From contig OZ024741.1 of assembly GCA_964016885.1 (NCBI GenBank), positions 374,356,001 through 374,420,000 on the forward strand: a stretch of DNA of 64,000 nucleotides, given 5' to 3'. This document shows positions 1-12,470 of the stretch, piece by piece (the stretch's first letter is position 1; every line of letters starts with the position of its first letter). The notes under the pieces are model-generated. The model made no database searches and had not been told where the DNA came from. It saw only the letters and a list, made by a program, of their open reading frames with translations. Source of the DNA: Eledone cirrhosa (lineage: Eukaryota). A program made the translations under genes and the position numbers.

Positions 1-16
1 AGTTGCTAGTTAAGGT

Positions 17-478
17 AGCTTAAAATGGAGTGAGAATAAGAAAAAAGCAAGAACGAGGGGAGGAGGTTTCCTCATCAGTTGTCTACTGGGGGGTCTCAGA
101 TATTTCCACGCTTTAAAGACAACATATCTACCACCCAGAGTGTTCAATAACTGGGGAAGTTATTGGGAAAACAGAGGAGGGAGGGAAGGGAAAAGAGAAA
201 ACAACAGAAAAAAACAACAAACCGAGCAACTTAAGGTAAGAAAATCCAAGACCACAGCGATAAGAGTGAGCGAAAAGACATCTTTTTTTTTCGCTGTTTT
301 CTCTTTTCTTCCCTCCCTCCTCTGTTTTCCCAATAACTTCCCCAGTTATTGAACACTCTGGACGGTAGATATGTTGTCTTTAAAGCGTGGAAATATCCGA
401 GACCCCCAGTAGACAACTGATGAGGAAAACTCCTCCTCCATTCTTGCTTTCTTCTTATTCTCACTCCATTTTAAGCTA
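17..478. repeat. Long inverted repeat, arms ~17-213 and ~282-478
   Basis: TAGCTTAAAATGGAGTGAGAATAAG... / ...CTTATTCTCACTCCATTTTAAGCTA; both arms give FNNWGSYWENRGGRE in the ORF track. Confidence 0.95.
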
Positions 479-677
479 TATATATATATATATAGGGGCT
501 GACTGGTACTTGAGTTTTGTCAAAAAGATAATTAATCTATGCTGTATGGCTTGGCAAAACTTGAATGGCAGTCTAGACACATGACATGATAAATATATCT
601 CTGCTATACACTTGTAGAGGTCACCACAGCAGTAAATGTTTGTTGTTTTTTTATAGCTATAAATCTACAACTCTAAT

Positions 678-729
<52 letters not shown>

Positions 730-864
730 ATAAATGTAATCTGAGCTTTTTGAATATTAATAATCGATTCGTTTGCAATTATGCAAACAAGTCGAATAAC
801 TCAGATTACATTTATTGTATTGAGCCATGTAGACCGATAAACTATTTGTTTGTTATTATATATA

Positions 865-896
<32 letters not shown>

Positions 897-1107
897 GGTG
901 TCAAGACAAAAAGCACCCAGTACAAACTAAATGCGATTGATGTTAGGAAAGGCATCCAGCTGTAGAAAGTAAGTCAGAAACAGTTTTGTGTGAGCAAGGC
1001 ATGGTCACCTGACCTGACATGCCTCAAACAGGACAACCCATCTAACCCATGCTAGCATGGAAAATAGACATTAAATGGCAATGATTATATGTAGTTTATA
1101 TTAAAGT

Positions 1108-1153
1108 TCTAGGTTTCGGGATCCAGTTATGGACTCTCTCATCAGGCGCAAAC
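1108..1153 (-). ncRNA. 3'-truncated hammerhead-like motif
   Basis: CUGAUGA GAGAGUCCA UAAC UGGAUCCC GAAA CCUAG, then homology breaks; the missing 3' half is seen in relatives at 42641-42670 (-) and 42719-42745 (+). Confidence 0.5.
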
Positions 1154-1154
1154 T

Positions 1155-2610
1155 TGCTACCTGAGGGTCTTTGCTTACTCCTGTGCAGGGTCCACATGTG
1201 AAGTCTGTGTTTTTTGCCAGCCTGCCTGTTTTCCCACTACATCTCTTGTGTACTCACAGTTTGCATTTGGAACACTGGATTGAGTTTCTGCATGTTCCTT
1301 TCCTGCATACTAAGTTGGGCCATTTCCTGGAGGGGTTCAGAGACCTGTTTTCTTTTTTGCTCACTAGGATTTTCGTCTTTGCTGGGTTGACTTTAAGGCC
1401 TTTTATTTCCATGTCTGAAATTTCTTCTCTTATTCTGTCATAGAATCGGCTAAGAGTCATGTCATTGGCGTATAGGAGTTCCCATGGGCAACCAGTCTTA
1501 AATTCCTCTGTTATAGACTGTGGGACAATAATGAAGAGGAGGGGCTAAAGACGGAACCCTGGTGAACCCCAACCTGTACGCTGAATTCCTCACTGTATTC
1601 ATTGTTGATTTTAACTTTGCTGGTAGCCTCTTTGTACATGGCTTGTACTGCTCTCAAAAGCCACTCATCTACACCTTGTTTTCTGATGACCCACCAGATT
1701 ATGTAGAGTGGCTTACTTTTAGCCAGATGCTCCTGCATTTGCTTCACAAGAAAGAGGGCCTCGGTGGTGCTTTTTCCTGGCACAAATCCAAACTGTATCT
1801 CTTCTAGGCATATACAATCTCTAATCAGTTGTGCAATGACTCTTTCTGTAACTTTCATGCCCTGGTCAGCTTTATGCCTCTGTAGATACTTCTATCTAGA
1901 GCATCTCTTTACCTTTGTAGCAGTTGATGCTGCTGCTGCTATTCCAGTCACTGGGAATGACACCATTCTGTATTACTTGGTTTACAATGAGGGTGGTTAG
2001 GGTGTGCCCCACCATCCCAGATGCTTTCAACGTCTCAGCAACTATACCTGATGATTCAGCTGCTTTACCCATCTTCATGTTCTTAATTGCCTCACTTACT
2101 AGGTTGCTGCTTACGTATACAGCTGGACCTTCTATTGGGTGTGCTTGGGGGAGGCTGTTTACTTCCCAAGCGTTTTCTTCGTTCATCAGCCTCTCATAAT
2201 AGCATTTCCATGCAGCTTTCTTTTTAGTGTCGGTGAAAGCAAGTGTGTCATTGTCATTATGAACACATATCGGTTTTCCTTGACACATTGCCTTGCAATC
2301 CTGAACGCCTCGTTTTTGGTCTTCACATTCTAATACATGTTTAAACTTTTCATTTTCTGCTTCACCTCTTGCCAGGTATACTTGTTTCCTGGCTTCATCA
2401 TAGAGATGCCTGCTTGTCTTTTGGCTTTAATTGCCATGTCCACCTTGTTATTCCACCACTGCTCCTTCCTTGCTTCATCTGCAGATCTCCTTTGTTACTT
2501 TCAGTAGGTTATCTCTCAAGAACCCCTGCTGTTCCTCTATATCATATGTCTTTATTTTTTTCTTCCTTGCTATTAAAGGCATCAAGTAAGAATCTCCTGG
2601 GGGCTCCTTC
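1155..2610 (-). mobile_element. Older degraded RTE LINE fragment
   Basis: Frameshifted ORFs 1254-1460, 1511-1858, 1896-2288 align to the RTE ORF (QFGFVPGKSTT, HQGSVFSP, KWP..CRKG). Confidence 0.9.
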
Positions 2611-2713
2611 AGCTTATATTTATATATATATATGGAAGGAGTGTTTTGGGGACTTTGCTCCCATGACCCTCTCAGGAATAAGTGGATGAAGAAAAAGAAG
2701 ATATATATTATAT

Positions 2714-3048
2714 GGAGGCACATGGCTTAGTGGTTAGAGCATTGGCCTTGCAATCGAAAGGTTGTGAGTTCAATTCTCAGACCGGGTGATGTGTTGTTTC
2801 CTTGAGCAAGACTCTTTATTTCATATTGCTCAGTTTACTCAGCTGTAGAAATGAGATGAAAGGGACTGGGGTCCATATCATTCCACTGCAAAGTGGTCGT
2901 GGAGGTGCCACGGTAAAAAAGCACCCAGTTCTCACTGTAACTGAGGTTGGTGTTAGGAAGGGCATCCAGCTGTAGAAATCAAGCCAGAATCAGTTCCCGT
3001 CCCACCCTTGCAAGCAGGGAAAAGCGGACATAAAATGATGATGATGAT
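2714..3048 (+). mobile_element. tRNA-derived SINE with RTE-derived tail
   Basis: A box TGGCTTAGTGG, B box GAGTTCAATTC; last ~50 nt match the RTE LINE 3' end; (ATG)n tail. Confidence 0.9.
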
Positions 3049-4667
3049 ATATATATATAATTTCATACAAAATATTATCACTGTTCCTCGAGTACAATAT
3101 TATCACTGTTTTTCGAGTATGGAGTGTTTACTATGAACTGAGATAGGATTAGCAATAATCCCAATATTAAACACAATTATAAATAGGCCAATTACAGGTA
3201 AAATAGGCAACATTTGTGGATAGTGTGAAAGAGACAAAGGAGCTTAAGATGAAGAAATCTTTTCTTGTCCAAAGAAGATTTAAAGAGAGAAACAGGATTA
3301 ATCACCTAATTTAAAAACTTACACATCACCAATACCCTCTCAACCCATGCCCACCTCTAACAACTTCAATATCTCAAGATTTTTTAACCCCCAAACAACT
3401 ACCACTTCTATTAATTAAGGACCTGTCAATCATCATTAATCCCATAAATTCCTATGTAAATAATACATTCTCCTTCTCTGTATCTTTTAAATGCAACATC
3501 TTAAGAGTATCCCTACATATCAACATCAATACTGATTCTACTACTACCATCATCATCATCATCGACTGCAATCTTCCTCCATTCATTGCAGCTTTCATAA
3601 TCAGTTGTGGTCCCATGGTTGGGTAAATTGCCCTGGCTATTGGTAATATTTGAATCCCAAGGTGGAATTTGAAGTCAGAATACAAAGGTTTAGAACAGAT
3701 ACTGCAAAGTATCTAATATGATCCTCAAGCAATTCAATCAATCCAAGTCCTATGAACTGGCACTTTATTTTATCAACTCCGTAAGGATGAAAGTCAAAGT
3801 TGACCTCAACTGGATTTGAACTCAGAGTGCAAAATAGATTGATGAAATTATTGTAATTTCATACTTTGCCATTTTTACAACTTCCCTGCCTTCCAGTATC
3901 TAAATAATTATTTCTGATTTAGGCACAAGGCCAACAATTTTGGGGTAGGGGAAAATCAACCCAGTGCATCACTGGTACTTTATTTTACCAACTCCATAAG
4001 GCTATCTAAATAATAATATGAAAGTATATTGAATTGTAACTATAAAAATAGTTGAAAATATATTGAGGCTGAAAAAAGTGGATAATTGCCTGTGAGGATG
4101 AGTTTTTCCATCTGAAGGGGTTATGCACCCAATTTATTCACAAGTTTTTTACTCAGAATGTAAACGGTTCACAACAAGTTTTATACTCAGAACGTAAAGG
4201 GTCATAACTATATGCTGCAAAGTATGTTGTCCAACACTCTACCTATACTGCCAATCCACGACCCTCTTTCTACTAAATAATAATTATTATTTCTAACATT
4301 GGCACAAAGCCAGCAATTGTTTGTTGCCGGGGGGCATATTGACAGCAGCACTTAACTAGTTTTTTATTTTATCAATCCTGGAAGGTTGAAAAGCAAAATT
4401 GACTTCTGTGGGATTTGAAATCAGAATGTAGAATGTTGTAACTAAATACTCCAAAGCCTTTTGCCTGATGTTATAATAATAATTGTTTCTACTTTAGGTA
4501 CAAGGCCAGCAATTACCCAGTGCATTACTGGTACTTTATTTTATCGACTCCGTAAGGATGAAAGGCAAAGTTAACCTCAGCGTGATTTGAACTCAGATTG
4601 TAAAGGGACGTAACTATGCTGGAAAGTATGGCGTCCGACCCTCTACCGATACTGCCAAATAATAATG

Positions 4668-5143
4668 AAATTATTGTGTACAGTGCTCAGGTGCACTACA
4701 ACTTATCAAAGGTGCATGTATAATACATAGAATAATGTACAAATGTCAGGAAAGGGAACAGTGTATGAGTCATGATATACATATGTGCATGTGTATGGAG
4801 GGGGATATCAGGTGTAGTGTTGGCGAATTTCAGGAAGCATGGAGGTTTTAAAGGATGCAGTCTCTCGGCAGCTAACAACTGATGCATGTAGTTTGTTCCA
4901 TGAGTCAGATGCCAGACATCTGAGCTTCAATGTATCCATGCCCAGGGAAGCAAGGCGTTCAGTGTATGGTAGATGGCTGATGGAGGGTATTTGCTTGGTT
5001 GCACATCTCCGAACAGTTTCCAGGAGGTCAATGTTCTGAGCAAGATAGGGGTTTCAGACAGGTGATGCAAATTCTAAGTGTGGCTGCACCATAGCTATAC
5101 ACAGCTTTAAATAGATAGCTGAAAAGCAGCTGACAAAGGTCTT
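4668..5143 (-). mobile_element. CR1-like LINE 3' fragment; its 3' UTR recurs at 24836-25050
   Basis: Reverse translation VQPHLEFASPV*NPYLAQNIDLLETVRRCATKQIPSISHLPYTERLASLG resembles the CR1 C-terminal consensus. Confidence 0.75.
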
Positions 5144-6519
5144 CTACAGATTCTGCCAATTCACTCCCCTCATGGTTTCTAATTTTGACATAAGTACAGC
5201 AATATTAGAAGGAAGGAAAAGTCAATTATATCGACTCTGAAAGGATGAAAGGCAGATTTAAACTCAGAATGTAAAGCTGGATCAAATACTCTAAAGTATC
5301 TTGTCCAATTCTCTAATGATTCTGCCAATCCAATCCCCTTAACAATAAATGGCAGAAGCAACTGAATGTTGGGCTAAATACATTGCAGTATTTCGTTACA
5401 TCCCTTTACATTCTGAGGTCAAATTCCTCAATAAAGCTATAAAATAACTACTGATACCTTGAAAGTAAAGGCATTTGGCTTAGTGTTTGGAGCATTGGGC
5501 CTGCAATTGTGAGGTTGTGAATTCAATTCCCGGACGGGGTGATGTGTTGTGTTCTTGAGCAAGTTACTTTATTTCAAGTTGTTCCAGTTTACTCAGCTGT
5601 AGAAATGACTTGCAGTGTCACTACTGCCAAGCTGTATCAGCCATTGCCTTTCCCTTGGACAACATTGGTGGAGAGGGGAGACTGGAATGCATGTGCAACA
5701 GCCAGTCTTCCACAAACAACCTTTCCCAGTCTTGTGCTTTGGAGGAGAACTTTCTATGTGTAAATCCCATGGTCATTTGTGACCAAATGGGAGTTTTCTA
5801 ATACCTTGACAATTAATTCAATCAACAACCTTGCTAGCAGGGAAAGCAGACATTAACCCTTTAGCATTTAAATCAGCCGTAAACGGCCAGAATTCTCTTC
5901 CATTTTTCTATTCAAACTAGCCGCTCATACTGATGTTAAGGTATTATTCTCAAAATAAATAACATCAAAATCTCATAGATTCGATATTATGTGAGGTAAA
6001 GCCTTTACTGTGAAAATACAATAGTAAATATAATAGTATATGTTGTAGAGTAATGTAAATGAAAGGAAATTTCAATCCATTAATTCACTCTATTATAATA
6101 TAAATGTTTTAAAGTTAAACAATGCTGCTGCTGATGATGATATACCCCACCCTGAAGAGATCTTGTGCCAAAGCTATAATCTAGGACATTATTATGAATA
6201 CTAGAACAAGAGAGACAAGAAACTTGGATGAGATACTTCGTTATTTAGTTTTTTGTCGTGTTTATTAGTTGACTTTTCAGTTATCTTCTCTTTGCAGTCA
6301 ATAAGATATAAATTAGTCGGCCCTTGTGCCCAATAAAGAAATTATTAATTAGTCAACTTTCATTGAGTAATTATCATCATCATTATCATTTTATGTCTGC
6401 TTTCCATGTTGGCATGGGTTGGAATGGTTGTCATGGTCTGAGTCAGTTCTTACTGCCTGCCTATTGACTTAGCACTAGGAAAAAACTTTAGTCAATTTGA
6501 TTACTTCCCATATACTGTA

Positions 6520-6915
6520 CTAGCTGATGTACCCAGCTTCAACTGGGTAAACAGATGATAAGAGAAGACCGGCAGAACAGAAAACTTCTGTATTGGATGC
6601 GTTGTCTTGTTTACTGTGTGTGTAAACCAGCGTTTGAATTGGAGATGCAGGCTGCGAAATATGATCACCACTGACAACGAATGCGCAGAGAGAATCTGTT
6701 ATTTTTGATTCCCAACCCGCTAGAAATAGCAGTCAGTTTGGTTAGTATACCCGGGATGTTTTTCTTCTTTGATAGTATAAAATGAGTATCAATAAACCTT
6801 CCTGGATATAGCCTTATTCCATTGCTGTACTTACTTTTCGATTGTCAGTTTTTGTTTTTGTGTAATGTGTGAAGGAACCAACCAACAAACATCTCTTTTT
6901 TTATATATATATAGA
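6520..6915 (-). mobile_element. Complete non-autonomous Helitron
   Basis: Minus strand A|TCTATATATATATAAA... 5' end; 3' hairpin ACCCAG-TTGAAG-CTGGGT then ...CTAG|T; inserted in an AT dinucleotide with no TSD. Confidence 0.85.
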
Positions 6916-7599
6916 TTTAATAAACTGGAAACAATCAAATGAAATTGACTGAAGCTTTTTATTGGCTATATTGAAAATAGCCTCAATGTTGTGAAGTTTA
7001 ATTATTATTTTCTATAAGTTGGATGTTTTCTATAAGTCTTGAAGTTCAATCCATGCCAAAATCTGCAAGTCTCCTCCTGTTGTTCAGATGGCATCTTTAA
7101 CGTCTTGATTAAACCAGGAGAACTCCTACCATCCTTTGCCACATCACCAAGTTGCTTTCATTCACAACTGAAGTGGAATCTGTGATTCAAATGTCTAAGG
7201 AAAGAACCACAGGACAGATTTTACAGCGAGGAAGAAGAATCCTAATAAAAAGAAATGTTTATATGTACTGTAAAACTGTCATCACCATTTAATACCCATT
7301 TTTCCACGCTAGCATGGGTTAGACGGGTTGTCCCATTGTGCAACATGCCAAATCAGATGACTGTGTCTTGCTCATACAGAACTGTTTCTGGCTTGTTTTC
7401 TACAGCTGGATGCCCTTCCTAATACCAACAACATTTGCAGTGTGATAACTGAAGACATCTGAAGGAGAATATGTTGACCAAAATGTAGAACAAATAAAGG
7501 CATTAAAAAATCATCTTGAAAAAATAGAAATGTAATTGGATAATATATAACACTGGCAAGAACCCTTTTAGTTCTGTTGAGGATATAACAACCTCTCTT

Positions 7600-7925
7600 G
7601 TGGTAGTGCCATGATAAAATGCACCCAGCTAACTCTGTAATGTGGGACTACTGGTGCTATGATAAAATGTACCCAGTCCCCTCTGTAAAGTGGTAGTACT
7701 GGTGCCTCAATAACATGCACTCAGCCCACTCTGTAATGTGGTAGTACGGGTGCTATGATAAATTGCACCCAGTCCACTCTGTAAAGTGGTGGTACAGGAG
7801 CCACAATAACATGCATTCAGCTCACTCTCTAATGTGGCAGTACTGATGTCATGACAAAATGCACCCAGTCTACTCTGTAAAGTGGTAGCACTGGTGCCTC
7901 AATAAAACGCATCTAGTACACTCTG
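7600..7925 (+). repeat. ~48-bp tandem repeat (SINE-internal unit); related reverse-strand arrays at 13270-13500 and 53000-53160
   Basis: Unit ~TGGTAGTACTGGTGCTATGATAAAATGCACCCAGTCCACTCTGTAAAG, about 6 copies. Confidence 0.85.
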
Positions 7926-8559
7926 AAACATAAGCGAGACAAGGTTCTCTAACACATCCAGTCTTAAAACACGACAATCCATACCAGCATAGAAAGCAGG
8001 CATAAAATGAAGACAATGATCAGTTAATTACATTTTTAAACAATCTTTTGATTTTATGTAAGAAAAAAAAGTACAGTAAAACTCTATGAAAGGAAATTTC
8101 AATCCATTAATTCACTCTATTACAATATAAATGTTTTAAAGTCATTTTCTCTGCTAAAGCAGGAGTTAGTCTTGTGGGTTCTATTACAGCCAGATGCCCT
8201 TCATCATCATTATTGTTTTAAATTCGCTTTTCCATGCTTGCATGGATTGGACAGGTCTTTCCCAGCATCCCTCCAATCAGTGGTAAGAGTGTTGGACTTA
8301 CAATCATAATGTTTTGGGTTCGATTCCTAGACTGGGTTGTGTGTTGTCTTCTCAAGCAAAACACTTCATTTCATGTTGTTCCAGTATACTCAGCTGAAAA
8401 TGAGTACCCCCAGTAGCTGGAGATTTAACCCTACGATGGACTGGCGTCCTGTGCAGGGGAAGTCTTGTTCTCTCAGTCGCTTCACACCACAGAAACCAGG
8501 ATAACCACCAGCCTAATGAGCCTCCAGGCTTGAGACAGATTTAGACTTTTTTTACATCC

Positions 8560-9290
8560 CTCCACTCACACCTTCGTCATCTACGTGAGCTTCAGCAATT
8601 TAGCACAACTCTCACTCTCAACCTCTGCCCAGGTCTTCCATGATAGCTTCCTTCCACTGAGATTTCTTGGTATTTCTTCATTCAACAATCATTATCCATG
8701 CGCCTTACATGTCCATATTCTTCCCTGCACATTACATCTGATTCCTCTTAACCCTTTAGCATTTAAACCGGCTGTATCCAGCCAGAATTCTCTCACCTCT
8801 TTCTGTTCAAACCAGCCATACTTATGTTAAGGTATTGTTCTCAAAATAAATAATATCAAAATCTCATAGATTCAATATTATGTGAGATAATTATGTAAAA
8901 TTAAGTGTTGCCAGGTGGTGCTATTAAGTTAGACATGACCTGGGCCAATACTGACCGAAACCTGTCAAAGTTATCAAAGTACCGTGAAAATACAATAGTA
9001 AATATAGAGTAATGTAAATGCTAAAGGGTTAAACCCAGCTTTCTTTTCAGCTTATCCATGCTTTGTTGTTCACATACATTAACATTGCACATCCATTGGA
9101 GCATGCTCACTTCATTTTTATTCCAGCTTTCACATATCCTCTACATTCACTACCGATGTTTCACTACCATGCAACATTACACACTGTATGCACCATACAG
9201 CTGACCTTTTATTTGTAAAGAGAAACTTTTGTTGTCAATAGAGGTAGTAGCTCCCTGAACTTTTTACCATGCTGTTCTTATTCTAGCTAT
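8560..9290 (-). mobile_element. Degraded RTE 3' fragment interrupted by a piggyBac MITE
   Basis: Reverse strand matches KFRELLPLL...MLHGSE...ERNEASMLRWMC...GHV. Confidence 0.7.
8748..9032. mobile_element. piggyBac MITE family A
   Basis: TTAA-CCCTTTAGCATTTA ... TAAATGCTAAAGGG-TTAA. Confidence 0.9.
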
Positions 9291-9784
9291 TCTAGCAATT
9301 ATGACACACATGTAGGTGTCACAACAAAAAGTACCCAGCACACACTGTCAATGTGGTTGGCGTTAGGAAGGGCATCCAGCCATAGAAAACCAGCTAGAAA
9401 CTCTCCTATATGAGCGAGACACAGTCACCCGACCCAACTTGCCTCTAGGAACAAACCCATCTAACCCATGCTAGCATGGAAGATAGACGTTAATCGATGA
9501 TGATGATGATGAGAGAAAAAATTGCCTTTGTTAATAAAAAAAGAACAATAAACAAATAAACAATGTACAAAAAGAAATTGTAAGTTTTTATCTAATTAAA
9601 ATTATATTTAAAATCTGACAATGGTTGGATGTGGCATGTCCAATTTGAAATATTTATAATCTTGCTAATGAATGATTGAATGTGAATAGTCCAAATTACA
9701 AACCAATTAAAATAAATAAATAGATCAATAAATAGATAGATAATTTGAATTGAATTATCATTCAAAAATGCAAGTTCTGTATAT

Positions 9785-9790
9785 TTTATT
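9785..9790 (-). promoter_or_regulatory. Candidate polyadenylation signal of SLC25A44
   Basis: AATAAA on the minus strand about 55 nt after the stop codon; the context is AT-rich, so chance occurrence is possible. Confidence 0.35.
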
Positions 9791-9843
9791 TTTATGATAC
9801 AACACTAAATAGAAATATTTCATAATGTTCAGAATTATCAATA

Positions 9844-10032
9844 TCACCACCGGATGTCCTTCTGGTACTCTTTCAGTAAACTACAACGTTTGATTGATTC
9901 ATAGCCAAGAATAATAAAGAATGAAAAAACAACAGATTGAATAACACGAGCAGACAAGCCCTTAAAGGCCATTTTAAAACCTTCTTCTTCCCATAAAACT
10001 TGCAGTGTTGTTGGAAAAGTGCTACCTTCTAC
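9844..10032 (-). CDS. SLC25A44: SLC25A44-like, last coding exon (not in ORF track)
   Basis: ttttgttttccAG acceptor; reads VEGSTFPTTLQVLWEEEGFKMAFKGLSARVIQSVVFSFFIILGYESIKRCSLLKEYQKDIRW-TGA. The four exons total 981 nt (326 aa + stop) with no internal stop. Confidence 0.93.
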   Translation of the reverse strand, partial: VEGSTFPTTLQVLWEEEGFKMAFKGLSARVIQSVVFSFFIILGYESIKRCSLLKEYQKDIRW

Positions 10033-10120
10033 CTGGAAAACAAAAGTAAAGACAGTTAAGAGAAACTTTATACATACCTATATATATATATATCAAGTAA
10101 AGCAACGGAGTAAAGGACTC

Positions 10121-10151
<31 letters not shown>

Positions 10152-10235
10152 AAAGGTAAACAGAAATAACAACACAATTGGTACAGTATATGGAAGGGAT
10201 ATATTAGGTTAACGCTTGATATAGCAGGAAGAGGG

Positions 10236-10271
10236 TCTTAACGTTTTGGACGCTAGTCCTTCATCAGAAGA
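10236..10271 (-). ncRNA. Second copy of the same hammerhead, GAAA mutated to AAAA
   Basis: UCUU CUGAUGA A GGAC UAGC GUCC AAAA CG UU AAGA; flanks 10150-10300 are homologous to 12360-12500. Confidence 0.6.
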
Positions 10272-10373
10272 AAGAATGAGAAATAAGATAGATTGAGGGG
10301 ATGGGCAGGTTGGAATTGGAAAAAATGTCTTTAGATAAAAATAACAGGTCCATCCATGCTGACTATATATATA

Positions 10374-10527
10374 TACAAATAAAATTCCATTATAACAAAC
10401 TTTTCAATCCCCGAGGTAATAACAAACAAATGCTTGATTTCTTTCGGTCAAGCCGTTCTAAAGAATTTTTCATTACAACAAATTTTTTTTATATCCGTGA
10501 ATTTCTTTATAACGGAATTTCACTGTG

Positions 10528-10529
<2 letters not shown>
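10374..10529. mobile_element. Tigger/pogo-like MITE
   Basis: Imperfect TIRs ...AAATTCCATTATAAC / TTATAACGGAATTTCACTG within (TA)n. Confidence 0.55.
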
Positions 10530-10564
<35 letters not shown>

Positions 10565-10670
10565 TATATATATATATTATTTTTTTTTCCGTAGAGTGCT
10601 TCCAATCTAATGTAAAACTCATTCCTTGACATACTCATTGAATATTGTTTAACACTTTAATATATATATA

Positions 10671-12130
10671 GGGGTATAAAACTGATAGATCAGGTTATGA
10701 AAGTGGCAGAAAGGATATTAGCACAACTAATTAGAGAAAGGGTCAAACTAGATGAGATGCAGTTTGGTTTTGTGCCTGGGAAGAGTACAACAGATGCCCT
10801 CTTCTTGGTGAGACAATTGCAAGAGAGGTTCTTAGAGAAAAATAAGCCACTATACCTAGCCTTTGTTGACCTAGAGAAGGCCTTTGATAGGGTACCCCGA
10901 TCTGTCATCTGGTGGTCCCTAAGGAAGCTAGGTGTTGAGGAATGGCTTGTGAGGACAGTGCAAACTTTGTACAGAGGTACTCTCAGTAAAGTCAGGGTAG
11001 GAATGGAGTTTAGTGAGGAATTCCAGATACAAGTAGGAGTACATCAAGGTTCGGTCCTCAGCCCTCTCTTGTTCATTATAGTCCTCCAAGCCATAACAGA
11101 GGAGTTTAAGACTGGCTGTCCATGGGAACTTCTCTATGCTGATGATCAGGTTCTTATAGCAGAATCAGTAGAGGAGCTAGAGAATAAATTCTGGCTATGG
11201 AAACAGCAGTTGGAAGCAAGAGGACTGAGAGTGAATCTAGCTAAGACAAAAGTGTTGATGAGTACAAAAGAGGACAAAACTCTGATTCCGTCAGGGAAAT
11301 GGCCATGTACGATATGCAGAAAAGGAACTGGCATAAATTCTATAAAATGCACACAATGCAGATCCTGGGTACACAAGAGATGTAGCAGGATAGCAGGCAA
11401 ACTAACAGGTAGGGAGAAATATGTATGCAGTAGATGTACAGGGAAATTAGACAGTAGAAGTCGCATTGATAGACACATTTTTCAAATGCAGGAAGGCGCT
11501 ATAGAAGTGGTGGATAGCTTCCGGTACCTAGGAGATTAGATTAGCATGGGAGGAGGGTGTTCCGAGGCCATAGTATCTAGAATAAGGACGGGTTGGAAGA
11601 AGTTTAGGGAGCTGCTTCCTCTGTTGACGAGGAAGGGTTTCTCCCTGCGTACGAAAGGCCGGTTGTATTATGCCTGTGTGAGGAGCGCGATGCTGCATGG
11701 TAGTGAGACATGGGCAGCAACTGCAGAGGATATGCGACGGCTGGAGAGAAATGAGGCAAGCATGCTCCGTTGGATGTGCAGTGTAAATGTGCGTGAACGA
11801 CCCAGCATAAATGTGTTGAGAGAGAAACTGTGTCTGAGAGGGATAGAATGTAGTGTACGGGAGAGGAGACTGAGGTGGTATGGACATGTGATGCGCATGG
11901 AGGATGACCGATGGGTGAAGAAGTGCCAGGAAATGCCAGTTGAAGGAAGACGTGGTAGAGGCAGACCACGAAAAACATGGGCGGAGGTGGTGAGAACAGA
12001 CCTCAGATCATTGAAGCTCACGGTGGAGATGACGAAGGACTGTGACGAGTGGAGAGATGCTGTGCTGAATAAGACCCGTCCCACTCTTGCAAGCAGGGAA
12101 AAGCGGACGTAAAATGATGATGATGATGAT
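10671..12130 (+). mobile_element. 5'-truncated copy of the same RTE family
   Basis: Nearly identical to 50909-52367; stop TAG at 11537-11539 (YLGD*); (ATG)n tail; flanked by (TA)n on both sides. Confidence 0.96.
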
Positions 12131-12139
12131 ATATATATT

Positions 12140-12188
<49 letters not shown>

Positions 12189-12434
12189 TGGAATAGAAGC
12201 TTAAAACCAGAAAGAGGAGGCTCAAAAGAGAACAGATAGTCATTGAGGAAGTCCCAGAATGTGTGTGATGAAAGAACTTTGACAAACAAATGAATAACAA
12301 GCAATAAAGATAAAGTGAAAATCATATGGTGCGCATGTTTATATATATATATATATGCGAAAAGTAAAAAGAAACAGCGTAGGCAGTACATGAAGAAATA
12401 TATTAGTTTAATGCTTGATATAGTAGGAAAATAG

Positions 12435-12470
12435 TCTTGACGTTTCAGACACTAGTCCTTCATCAGAAGA
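12435..12470 (-). ncRNA. Minimal Penelope-type hammerhead in SLC25A44 last intron (sense)
   Basis: UCUU CUGAUGA A GGAC UAGU GUCU GAAA CG UC AAGA; stem III has no loop (dimer-type). Confidence 0.7.

Noticed and set aside
385-440. Hammerhead in the 17-478 inverted repeat
   Set aside because: CTGATGAG is present but I could not place GAAA, stem III and a UH site in a valid topology.
2714-2790. tRNA gene
   Set aside because: A and B boxes are present but it continues into a SINE body and is repeated; no complete cloverleaf or T-run terminator.
7600-7925. Regular repeats suggestive of CRISPR arrays (also 13270-13500, 25237-25610, 35205-35440)
   Set aside because: Head-to-tail degenerate units with no unique spacers and no cas genes, in eukaryotic context.
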